IMG/VR virus record: IMGVR_UViG_3300006805_000034 | Span: 1 to 57,374 of that record | Direction: 5' to 3' (one strand) | DNA from: a virus | Lineage: Duplodnaviria; Caudoviricetes | DNA: 57,374 nt | Translations under genes and position numbers: made by a program | The notes under the pieces: generated by a model | Databases searched by the model: none | The model's input: only the letters and a program-made list of their open reading frames with translations | Told to the model about the DNA's origin: nothing | Shown: piece after piece, positions 27,401 through 34,578 of the stretch | Numbering within the stretch: the stretch's first letter is position 1 | Layout: every line of letters begins with the position of its first letter

Positions 27401-29232
27401 TCAACTACATCGATTCCGTGCCGGACTACGTGCGGGATGCACCCACGATCGGCTACACGGAGATGCCTGACACGGCCAAACTGGGAGCGCTGGCCGGGAA
27501 GTACGTGCGGGATGACGTGGCGGCCGAGGTGCAGCAACTGACCGAGCTGCCAGGGCTGGGCATGAAATTCTATGATGCGCTGCTGGGGCTGTTCAAAACC
27601 GGCAAGACGGTGCTCAACCCCGGAAGCCACGGGCGCAACATCGTGGGCAACATCGCCTTTGCGCATCTGGCGGGGAGCAATCCGCTGAACCCCGGCAATG
27701 CCACGTACTACGCCGAGGCGCTGCGCGTGCTGCGGGACGGCGGCGAGGCCTACCGGGAGATGTATGAGAACGGCGTGCTGGGCGGCGACTTCCTGACCGG
27801 GGAAGTGAAGCGCAGCCTGCGGCAGCTGGTGCCGGATGCGGACACGGTGCTGCGGGAGGCCGAGAACGGCAACATGACTTGGCTGTACGGGCCCAAGGAG
27901 CACATGGCGCGGCGCTGGCAGGGCTTGCTGAAAACGCCCGGGAAGGCACTGGACATTGCAGCCACGGCCTGGCGGCTGGAGGATGACATTTACAAAGCAG
28001 CGGCCTACCTCAAGGCGAAGGGCATGGGCATGACCAGCAAAGAAGCAGCGGAGCACGTGCGCGAGTGGTTCCCCTACTACGACAAGGGGACGAGCGGCAC
28101 GCTCAAGGCGCTGGGACGCTTTGCCTTCCCGTTCCTGAGCTTCAAGCGGGAGAGTTTCCGCATTCTGAAAAACGGGCTGACGAAGAAGCCGCTGGCAACG
28201 ATCGCCACGCTGGCGCTGCCGAGGCTGCTGACGCAGATCGCGCTGACGACGGCCGAGATGCGCCTGCTGATGTGGACGCTGGGCCTGGGGCTCAAGGACG
28301 AGCGAGACAAGGAAGACGTGATGAAGGCGCTGAAGGGTCGGGCCGGACGCCTGCTGAGCCCGATTGCGGGGGATTCAAGCCTCTTCAGCATTTTGCTGCC
28401 GTGGCGGGATGACAACGGGGGACTGCAGCAGTGGGACCTGAGCAACACGCATCCCTTTGGCGACTGGCTGGCCACGCGCATCGAGGACGCCGAGAGCAAG
28501 GAGCCGTGGCTGGCACGGCAGGCGCGTGAGATGCTGACGGGATCGCCGTTGTTGGGGCTGCTGACAGAGACTGCCTTCAATAAGGATGGATTCACCGGGC
28601 GGCGGATTTATGAGGATGACATGAGCAGCGGCGAAGCCACCGGCAAGCTAGTGGAACATGCGTTTACGGAACTGGCACCACCGATCACGCCCACGGTATC
28701 GCTACCGAACGGCGTGAAGCTGGAGGGCACGAGCGCGCGCACGATCCGGAAAGCCTTTGAGCAGAGCCCGAGCAAGCTGGCCCCGGCGCGGAATCCGACG
28801 CAGGCGCTGATCCGCACGCTGGTGGGGCTGGATGTGCGGCCCGCGGACCCGAACCTGTATGAGGACGTGGCGAAGTATCGGGAGAAGAACAAGCTGCCGG
28901 CGGTGCCGCGGGGGCAGCAGTTCCCGAGCGATGCCGTGGGCCGTGCGCGGGCGGAGCTGTACCGCCTTCTCATTCATCCGGAGGTGGATGTGCCGGCGGT
29001 GAAGGCGCAACTGGAGGTGCTGACGAAGCACGGGGCGAAGATCCCGAGCGTGCAGGATTTGTTTAAGGATCGGCAGCCGCAGGATGTGATGAGGCTGAAG
29101 AAGCACCAGGCGCGCTGGATGAACCAACTGCCGCCGGAGGCGCGGCGGGTGCTGGAGGCGGCGCAGGCGCAGCAGAGTGGGGCGAAGCCGAAGGCGCTGG
29201 ATGCGATGGCGAAGGCGCGGGCGGGTGGGTGA
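21409..29232 (+). CDS. Giant polyvalent DarB-like protein, C-terminal half: SF2 helicase, N6-adenine MTase, PPase-like domain
   Basis: NGTGTGKT, YDESH, LSATP, EGISLHD..QEEGRIYR; DYFATP, LEPSAGHG, NPPF; AQKEAGNY..HYGY..DGDQVD..DEYKVMLG. Confidence 0.88.
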   Translation: MRESIAKSLPMLLPQQQDDVLKTERRFFEQTPTETDPKRGVMFTNGTGTGKTFTGLGIIKRFEMMGKGRVLIVVPSQQKVTDWKNEGARVMVKVNPLNDTNDVGEDVVATTYANLRDNWKLQSEPWDLVVYDESHYLSSNAQGNEGANIRAHELATNKPGWNQMEKWTQAVLGPRPSRREDEAAAKRYDNAAEQASKQIQYLADTAPDTKAVFLSATPFAYHKNLKYADGFLYSAPPRSDSSAYNTPQGFERYLVENFGYTMRTNRLNSPPPEVDTGLMEREWAERQFQQGSMSGRMIDVPYDYSREFVLLNSETGRLLDEGFRSLSGWDPDTRDRWPELTSAFNSYWRSSSSGYTKMMQFMESIKVADAIERMQQHLDMGRKIVLFHSYNNADPLHPFQLSYLAPAYRNDPAEQIGERQMLEQQTRDWMSAHPKLVQMNFRRLQNPRALVAQEFGDRVKFFNGEVGKKDRAAAITQFNDDNSGVDIFMVQTDAGKEGISLHDTTGKKQRVLMNASLPVKPTDAIQEEGRIYRIGVLSNAIQEYLVLHTNMERSAFGSKISQRTGTVENMALGQMARTLTDSFKSGYLNAHGEDPSREQGLGGKEQDKAELLGDDFTRAKSYYFGRMKKTSRNKAAEGQDYFATPEPLGLVMVRMLGAKPGMDLLEPSAGHGAIGRWFPDTTANKFIEPSRTLADELRIKVASGKVEVQPFEDLHIMNKFDGVAMNPPFGTAGKLAIEHLAKASRHLRQGGRMVAIIPEGPAMQKRFDAWLEGEGADMHLRASYGLPTVTFERAGTSVKTRLVVLDKADLWTVRHEPETGTYAAYDSFGEKRRSYKGGEKTLRDLAETNPEFIGWQDQANFQNRSPREIEAENVKEFFDEIENLEAPPRIVKTVATGALDSETTWTPPYPGAPNPSIAEAMQNMQQQNQRVPSMAPAAPVVTPAAAASNPYESAQTLHAKKGVMTYVAKMSRRLSDATYQSEKNRAKKFGGYYSAFKGSGAIPGFQFESADKRDAFVGGYTESAPLSSPRKQMPILKTIEKVQEWSQAENKKEVLDQLPEDLQAKIEADERWQWLEKHDASEEFAPWYPEPYRTASRVYADLSARQAADEELTAAEDKAMDKAHDKLLAWEMAGGPWNHVLATYEPEIEARMKEVIAQIEATGRWEWDKRERAFVATDEDNEQVLYSPRKQGGAKTEKEVFDHRLAVAKAEIEKDMSEGVVPRGVRSFAELHDSVDANEYVNDKERPDRMIGPMGTAQGWRAQEYVNFTNKLIEALDEWLKQGGAAGSQNTLKREQRTGIDEAAHEAATSPRNDLAEPTAAQKEAGNYAMGHAVIGGHEISIENPAGSRRRPEWPVLRDHYGYLKGTKGQDGDQVDLFVKPGTPADYAGPVHVVRQNVVEGGDDAGSLMLDAGSRTGAGAGKSARAPLRATGKLDEYKVMLGYPTAAEARAAYLRNYTPGWPGLAKLTTHTMPEFEVIKRSVFGGDAGARATDKALASAQKQGQGGGMANPDKADQSQAIQPALFARLKGSKTLYPVRDLDDVAKKASWMKVRYQSRPIVEIVTSDGIVRGVSDEQGVIREPNGTVIWNPFDDENTDLLAAPRKQGKALEMMAKADWGRIDKALTGRLAQAVTDAAQWIKKQALPGEAQVNPVDAALELLAGWRVEGQAAMGGVKLKPDQRQELMAQTRRQMRRAWNYAQRQLVPDASLPADVLAKKREMTMNQGLSNEVALDIGKRALAGKPKLSDLVVGEAQQNPEIRRKMFLAMNPRIDSGVTMDSLNPEERRVAEALLKLRDDLGKRMVKAGRIGLQTYEAMREGTSHYYDHDVKREKSLLRQMSLGLRNLFAQTATAYHIVDTQTKQPDGSPALVMHPGSRNRPTYRFETQEQMRGWYEEFIKDQILQAAEKGNAGRYPWMTQADKAALMGVTRDSLNNPGRMSAEQRAVVSRLQEQLRARFEKRMPLSYDEHSKAGLIEDPFYSVARQIAEMGHDVATAEFFNYIDSVPDYVRDAPTIGYTEMPDTAKLGALAGKYVRDDVAAEVQQLTELPGLGMKFYDALLGLFKTGKTVLNPGSHGRNIVGNIAFAHLAGSNPLNPGNATYYAEALRVLRDGGEAYREMYENGVLGGDFLTGEVKRSLRQLVPDADTVLREAENGNMTWLYGPKEHMARRWQGLLKTPGKALDIAATAWRLEDDIYKAAAYLKAKGMGMTSKEAAEHVREWFPYYDKGTSGTLKALGRFAFPFLSFKRESFRILKNGLTKKPLATIATLALPRLLTQIALTTAEMRLLMWTLGLGLKDERDKEDVMKALKGRAGRLLSPIAGDSSLFSILLPWRDDNGGLQQWDLSNTHPFGDWLATRIEDAESKEPWLARQAREMLTGSPLLGLLTETAFNKDGFTGRRIYEDDMSSGEATGKLVEHAFTELAPPITPTVSLPNGVKLEGTSARTIRKAFEQSPSKLAPARNPTQALIRTLVGLDVRPADPNLYEDVAKYREKNKLPAVPRGQQFPSDAVGRARAELYRLLIHPEVDVPAVKAQLEVLTKHGAKIPSVQDLFKDRQPQDVMRLKKHQARWMNQLPPEARRVLEAAQAQQSGAKPKALDAMAKARAGG

Positions 29233-29297
29233 GGGGACGCTGGGCCGAGTGGAGCGAATCAGTTTGGCAAAGGAATGAAGGAGCAAAGGAATAACCC

Positions 29298-29735
29298 ATG
29301 ACTCAAAAGACTCAAAGCTTCGCCATCGGAACTCGTTGCCGTCGCAAGAATCCGTTTATTCTATATCACTGGTCGCCACGGTGCAGGAGGGAATCAATCC
29401 TGCGCAACGGGCTTGTTGTTGGCAGTAAACACGCAATTCACTCAAATGGCTGGAGAGCTACCTATCTCTGCTTCTCGGACAGTCCTTCGTTTGGGTGGGC
29501 TTATAGCGCCGACACCAGCAAAACAAAAGGCGAATGGGACCTGTGGATGGTTTGGAGTACTGGGCTGAGCAGTCTATTTTACCGCTCTGATCATCATGGC
29601 CAGATGCCAGCCGAATACCGAACCAAGCACAACGTTGCCAAGAAGAATCTTTGGCTTGTGGGTTCTAGATCAAGGGCGAAGGGGAAGGGGAAGGGGAAGG
29701 GCCGAGCGGCGCGAATCCATTTGGCAAAGGAATGA
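29298..29735 (+). CDS. Hypothetical protein, possible ADP-ribosyltransferase-like fold
   Basis: LYHWSP...ESILRNGL...YLCFS resembles ART/KptA N-terminal motifs; AT-richer; flanked by a 51-bp direct repeat. Confidence 0.45.
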   Translation: MTQKTQSFAIGTRCRRKNPFILYHWSPRCRRESILRNGLVVGSKHAIHSNGWRATYLCFSDSPSFGWAYSADTSKTKGEWDLWMVWSTGLSSLFYRSDHHGQMPAEYRTKHNVAKKNLWLVGSRSRAKGKGKGKGRAARIHLAKE

Positions 29736-29913
29736 AGGAGCAAGGGAATGGACGGAACCGGAGGTGGACAGGATTGACGAGGCGATTCTCGTCCTCGCCC
29801 TGCGGGCTCCTTGCAGTCGTCTGTCTCGCTACCGCTCGGCTCACAGAATTACAGCATTTCAGGATTGGGGATGGAGCCGGAGACGGACACGCTGAAGCGT
29901 GAACAACGTACGG

Positions 29914-29946
29914 AAAACGCCACCGGGGGTGAGCCGGTGGCGTTTT
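29914..29946. terminator. Bidirectional intrinsic terminator
   Basis: AAAACGCCACCGG-loop-CCGGTGGCGTTTT between convergent units. Confidence 0.8.
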
Positions 29947-29949
29947 GGT

Positions 29950-30105
29950 TTATCTCTTCGGCCTTGACTTGCGGGCGACTTTATCGAGCCAGCCTTGGAA
30001 CTGGGCCAGGGTGCCCCGCATGCGATAGCGGAAACCGGCTGGCTGTCTGAGTTGTTTGGCCTGCTCGCCTGCCTGTGCAAGCTGCTGATGGAGGAGAAGT
30101 TTCAT
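29950..30105 (-). CDS. 51-aa hypothetical protein
   Basis: MKLLLHQQLAQ...RPKR*, ends just before the terminator. Confidence 0.4.
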   Translation of the reverse strand: MKLLLHQQLAQAGEQAKQLRQPAGFRYRMRGTLAQFQGWLDKVARKSRPKR

Positions 30106-30171
30106 GGGCGTGGACTTCCCCAGGGTGGCAGACGGGCGGGAGTGCCTGTGCTGGACGGGCTGGGGAAAGGG

Positions 30172-30492
30172 TCAACGCTTTCGCAAAGGAAAGGTGAAGG
30201 TGATAGGCGCGACGCTTCGGGGGGCGGGCGCTCGACTTAGCGCGAAAACAGCAAGCTCAACGGTGTGCATGTTGTCGCCGTAAACGTCCCAAAAATACTC
30301 CATCTTTGGGCCGTTGCTGTATCGCAGGAATGCCGGATATTCCGGGTCGTTATTGCAACGAACCCGTACTTCAGGCTTCGTGTCTGGCCTTGGATGTGGC
30401 GGCATGTAGTCTGGCACAATTTCGCAGTTTTTGTGCCATGGTTGGTCAAGTAGCAGTGCGAGAAGCTTTTCAAGATTGATCTCGGCTTTCAT
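30172..30492 (-). CDS. Hypothetical protein
   Basis: MKAEINLEKLL start with ATGA coupling. Confidence 0.6.
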   Translation of the reverse strand: MKAEINLEKLLALLLDQPWHKNCEIVPDYMPPHPRPDTKPEVRVRCNNDPEYPAFLRYSNGPKMEYFWDVYGDNMHTVELAVFALSRAPAPRSVAPITFTFPLRKR

Positions 30493-30593
30493 TTGCGCAG
30501 CAGGGTGAAGAGGAGGATGAGCAGGCCGGTGAGGAGTCCGGCGTAGAGTCCGCCTAGGGTGGCGGGAGGGAGATCGGGGGAGAGGAGGATCAT
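30489..30593 (-). CDS. 34-aa single-TM peptide
   Basis: MILLSPDLPPATLGGLYAGLLTGLLILLFTLLRK. Confidence 0.45.
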   Translation of the reverse strand: MILLSPDLPPATLGGLYAGLLTGLLILLFTLLRK

Positions 30594-30601
30594 GGGGTAG
30601 A

Positions 30602-30988
30602 TCACGTAAGATGCAGTGAGCGAGCGTCATCAATCGCAACCCGTGCTGCCGATGGGCTTCCTTCCCAGTCGTGGCGCAGAATCCATTCGGTGACGTGTTT
30701 AGCCGTGATTGTGTCGGGCGCGGGCTTTGCTGGCTTGATTGAATTGCATAGACTGCTGACCAAATAGGCAGGCATCAGTTTGGAACAAAGGACGTAGTAA
30801 ATCCCACGTTCAACCCATGCAGAGACCACCGTCCAGCCAATATGCTCGGACGTGAAACTCTGGCCGATTTGATAAAAGCGGCTGAATGGATACGGCGTCT
30901 CCGTTCGGAACTGTTCAAAAGTGGCCACGTCAAAGTAGAGTGCGGATATTGGCGGTGCTTGATCGGGCGGCGTTTCAGTGGCGCTCAT
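30602..30988 (-). CDS. Hypothetical protein
   Basis: 128-aa ORF coupled to the upstream gene. Confidence 0.6.
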   Translation of the reverse strand: MSATETPPDQAPPISALYFDVATFEQFRTETPYPFSRFYQIGQSFTSEHIGWTVVSAWVERGIYYVLCSKLMPAYLVSSLCNSIKPAKPAPDTITAKHVTEWILRHDWEGSPSAARVAIDDARSLHLT

Positions 30989-31254
30989 AGCTTTGAGGGC
31001 GGCGTTTTCTTCAGCAACTGCCGGAGGCGTTCGCGCAGGCGATCTTCGCGGGTGTAGGTGCCGTATTTGGAGGCGATGCGCTGGCCGATGGCAATCAGGC
31101 GATAGCCATCGTCAAAATTGCGGTTGTTGTCCTCGCGTGAAATGTGTTCGGCGATGCTGCCGTTGGAGCGGCGCAAAGACCGGCCCAGGCGGATCATCCA
31201 AGCAGCGGCATGCCGGTGGGAGGTGAAGGACTCGGGGCAGGTGGGGAGGGACAT
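30985..31254 (-). CDS. Hypothetical protein
   Basis: First gene after a TTGACC promoter at 31292-31287. Confidence 0.55.
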   Translation of the reverse strand: MSLPTCPESFTSHRHAAAWMIRLGRSLRRSNGSIAEHISREDNNRNFDDGYRLIAIGQRIASKYGTYTREDRLRERLRQLLKKTPPSKL

Positions 31255-31270
31255 CGGTGAGTCATTTCAG

Positions 31271-31292
31271 CACGAAAACGCTTTCGGGTCAA
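31271..31292 (-). promoter_or_regulatory. -35 element plus ACGAAA-N4-TTTCGT operator
   Basis: TTGACCCGAAAGCGTTTTCGTG is 20/22 identical to 47196-47217. Confidence 0.6.
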
Positions 31293-31422
31293 GGGTGAAG
31301 ATTCATCCCAGACAAGCGGACAACCAGACACGCTGAAGCGTAAACAACGTACGGGGACAACGTACGTGGCGGCGGAGGCATGCGTTGACGGTGGCTGGGT
31401 AGTCACCCCATAATGCGGGGTT

Positions 31423-33768
31423 ATGCCTGATGACCGCCGCGTGATGTTTGAGACGACCCTGCCCATCGACCGGGACATGGAAACGCGCATGGTGGAGTAT
31501 TTTTACAATCTGGCGCTGAAGATCCACCAGGACATGGGCTACGCGGGATCGCCGGGGGATTACGGCTTTGACACGTGGCTGTGGAAACGGCTTTCGTGGA
31601 TGAACCGCTACCACAACGATTTCAGGGATCGGCTGTGGCTGCCGCCGGAGCGGGACGGGGTGCTGTTTCGGATGTGCAACAAGTCGCTGAACATGCCCAA
31701 GCAGTTTGTGGGCGGGTATCACGCAGCGCTGACCAGCAGTCTGGACGGCACGGCGTTCATTGAGGTGCGCGGCGAAGGCGGTGAGGATGAGAATCCGGCG
31801 CTGCCGCTGTTCCAGCGCTACCTGCGGGCCAAGGCGGAACGTTTGATGCTGGGGCGGCTGCTGAAAAACGAGAGCGTGCTGATGTGCCTGAACATTGGCC
31901 AAAGTGTGTGCCAGGTGGTGCAGAAGCGCGAGCTGCGCACTGATCCGCGGCAGGTGCGCTGCGTGCGCGACCTGCGCCAGGAGGGAGATGTGCCGCTGAA
32001 AGACAGCACGGGCAAGCTGGTGACAGAACTGGACGAATGGATACCCAACCCAGCGAATCCGCGCCAGAGCATCCTCAAGCGAGACACGCGCGTGTTTGTG
32101 GAGTATCCCGAGGGCACGGTGCCGCATGCGCCGACGGAGCTGACGGCGCGCACGTACACCGTGGATCATGTGATCAAGAATCACCAAGGCGCGGCAATTG
32201 AGTTCATTCACCCGGGCGATTTCCTGTGGCAAATCAACAAGCCGAGCCTCGATGCCAGCGATTTGGTGGGGCACTTCACCATGATGGCGGTCGATGACCT
32301 GTTTGACTGCTTTGACCGCAGCCGCATGACCGAAGCCGGGAAAAAGTTTGAGAAGCGATACAGCACTGCCGCGCAGTCGGGCAATCAGGGAGACCCGACC
32401 AACCAGGAGATGCCGATGCCGAACATGGGGGAATCCCCGGACAGCACCAACGTGGTGATCGATCCCGGCGCGCTGGCACCGCGCAAGTTTCTGTTCTTGT
32501 ATTCAAGGTATGACTGGAACAAGGACAATCGGAGAGAGCGCGTGTTTTGCGTCATTGACTGGGAGACGCGCCAGCCGGTGGCGTATGACCCCACGAGCCT
32601 CGTACTGGAAAGCGACGTGCGGCTGCACCCGTATTTCATGCCGGTGATCGGCAAGGTGAACTTCCGCGCCTATGGCGAGGGCTTGTACGAGCAGCACGAC
32701 GACCTGAGCCAGTATGTGGATGCCTGCTGGTGTCGCATCCAAATCGAGCAGCAATCGAGCGGCAAGATCACGGCGTTTGATCCCAATGCCCTGGAACAGA
32801 CCTGGGCGGGTGGCAGCCTGAAACTGCGGGGCCCGACGCTGTGGCGGAAGCGCAACCCGGCGCAGAGCATCAACGAAATCATCGACGTCAAGGTGGTGCC
32901 GGCGGAGACGGCGGAGCTGCGCGAGAACATGGCGGTGGGCATGCAGACGATGACCAGTCGCGGCGGCGGCATGACGGTGGACCAGGCCGAAAGCAGCGGG
33001 CTGGGGGCGGCGAACACGCTGGGCGGGCTGCAACTGCTGGAGCGCCAGCGGGGGAGAGCGCAGAACAGCACGGCGCAGGACCTGAAGGACAGTCACCAGG
33101 ATCTGCTGCGGGTGTGGGCGCAGGTGGAACGCGACTGCTTTGACATGGAGTTTGCCAAGGAACTGTTTGGGGATTTGCTGGTGGACGTGGAGGTCGCACC
33201 GCCTGGTCCGCAGCAAACGATGGAGACCGCGCAGCCGGAAGCTGCGGGCGAAGTCATCACCCCCGACGGCATGCCGGTAGAAGAACCGGCCGCGATGGGG
33301 CTGCAGAAGATGCAGGTGCCGGCGGCGCAGGTGCTGCAGCAGTTCTTGAAGACGGTGAAGCCGGATTCGCTGGCCAACATGGTCAACATCGTGCTCACGG
33401 ACAGCACCGAGAGCGAAGAGATCGCTCAGACGGAAAACCGGAAAAAGATCATTCTGGACTTCCTGCAACTGGGCAGCGCCGAGGCGATGCAGGCGACGGC
33501 GGCGGAGTTCACTGACCTGCTCAAGCGCAACGGCAGCAAGGATGCGGAGAAGACCATTGCGCAGGCGATCAAGGCGCAGAATCAGAAGGAAAAGCAGGCG
33601 CAGCAGAAGGCGATACAGCAGCAGGCGCAGCAGCAGCCGGGCGGGCTGAATGCCGCGCCGGGAGGACCGGCACAGCAGGACCCGACGAGCGAAGCGCCGA
33701 TGACGGGGCGACCGGAGAGCATGCAGGAGTTTAATCCGGGGCCGTGGCCGGTGGAGCCGATGGTGTGA
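31423..33768 (+). CDS. Portal protein
   Basis: 781 aa, Q/P-rich tail, YGEG motif; late motif plus TTGACG/CATAAT just upstream. Confidence 0.7.
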   Translation: MPDDRRVMFETTLPIDRDMETRMVEYFYNLALKIHQDMGYAGSPGDYGFDTWLWKRLSWMNRYHNDFRDRLWLPPERDGVLFRMCNKSLNMPKQFVGGYHAALTSSLDGTAFIEVRGEGGEDENPALPLFQRYLRAKAERLMLGRLLKNESVLMCLNIGQSVCQVVQKRELRTDPRQVRCVRDLRQEGDVPLKDSTGKLVTELDEWIPNPANPRQSILKRDTRVFVEYPEGTVPHAPTELTARTYTVDHVIKNHQGAAIEFIHPGDFLWQINKPSLDASDLVGHFTMMAVDDLFDCFDRSRMTEAGKKFEKRYSTAAQSGNQGDPTNQEMPMPNMGESPDSTNVVIDPGALAPRKFLFLYSRYDWNKDNRRERVFCVIDWETRQPVAYDPTSLVLESDVRLHPYFMPVIGKVNFRAYGEGLYEQHDDLSQYVDACWCRIQIEQQSSGKITAFDPNALEQTWAGGSLKLRGPTLWRKRNPAQSINEIIDVKVVPAETAELRENMAVGMQTMTSRGGGMTVDQAESSGLGAANTLGGLQLLERQRGRAQNSTAQDLKDSHQDLLRVWAQVERDCFDMEFAKELFGDLLVDVEVAPPGPQQTMETAQPEAAGEVITPDGMPVEEPAAMGLQKMQVPAAQVLQQFLKTVKPDSLANMVNIVLTDSTESEEIAQTENRKKIILDFLQLGSAEAMQATAAEFTDLLKRNGSKDAEKTIAQAIKAQNQKEKQAQQKAIQQQAQQQPGGLNAAPGGPAQQDPTSEAPMTGRPESMQEFNPGPWPVEPMV

Positions 33769-33869
33769 GGGAATCCAGAATTTTTGCAAGGGAATGAAGG
33801 AGCAAGGGAATGGTCAGAACCGGATTAAGGCAAAAAAATGGGCGGTAAAAGATGAACTGATTTAAAATT

Positions 33870-34217
33870 ATGAGCGCGATCAATCCTTTGAATCCGGTAT
33901 TCCCGAAGACTGCAGACGGGGGGGCGGCAGCGCCTTTTTTGCCGGCGGTGCAGGCCTTGGACAAGGCGCAACGGCGGGCTTCGATGTTTGCGCAACTGGG
34001 GGCGGACCCGCTGTTTCAGGCGGAGTTTGTGGATGGGTTTTTGAAGGAGGCTGAAGAGCAGGCGCTGGCCGATGTGGCGACGGCGACGATTGAGGATCTG
34101 GCACGCGCGCGTGACCAGTGGGTGAACACCAAGGACCTGCGGAAACGATTGTGTGACGAGATGGCGGATGCGCCGGCGCAGATCAAACGGCTGCAAAGCC
34201 CGGCGGCGACGACGTGA
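33870..34217 (+). CDS. Small post-portal hypothetical protein
   Basis: Helical 115-aa ORF after the portal. Confidence 0.65.
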   Translation: MSAINPLNPVFPKTADGGAAAPFLPAVQALDKAQRRASMFAQLGADPLFQAEFVDGFLKEAEEQALADVATATIEDLARARDQWVNTKDLRKRLCDEMADAPAQIKRLQSPAATT

Positions 34218-34274
34218 TCCCGGCGGAGCCATGCGTTGCGTTTTCCGAAGAATCATCCCATACATGGTGCCGCT

Positions 34275-34574
34275 ATGCCCGCCTCCGCCAATATCACCAC
34301 TTCGGGCGTCATTGCCTTCACGCTGCCGCCAGGCGCGTGGGGCGTGAGGATCGCCAATGAAAGTGGCACGTTGATCCGGCGATTGCTCGGCGCGGCACCC
34401 AGCACGAGCGGGACCGACTTGGGACTGCCACTGGCAGCAGGAGCGAGTGAAAACATTTTATTTCAAACCGCTTTAAGACAGCCGCTGGCGGTGGGGGCCA
34501 TCCATGCCGGGAGCGGCACCCAAACACTGACTTACGAAGTCATTACCCAACCAACTGCGGCCATTTCCAACTGA
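34275..34574 (+). CDS. Virion protein paralogous to the tail-fibre N-terminal domain
   Basis: MPASANITTSGVIAFTLP versus MPTSANITTAGVIAFTLP. Confidence 0.75.
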   Translation: MPASANITTSGVIAFTLPPGAWGVRIANESGTLIRRLLGAAPSTSGTDLGLPLAAGASENILFQTALRQPLAVGAIHAGSGTQTLTYEVITQPTAAISN

Positions 34575-34578
34575 CGTC

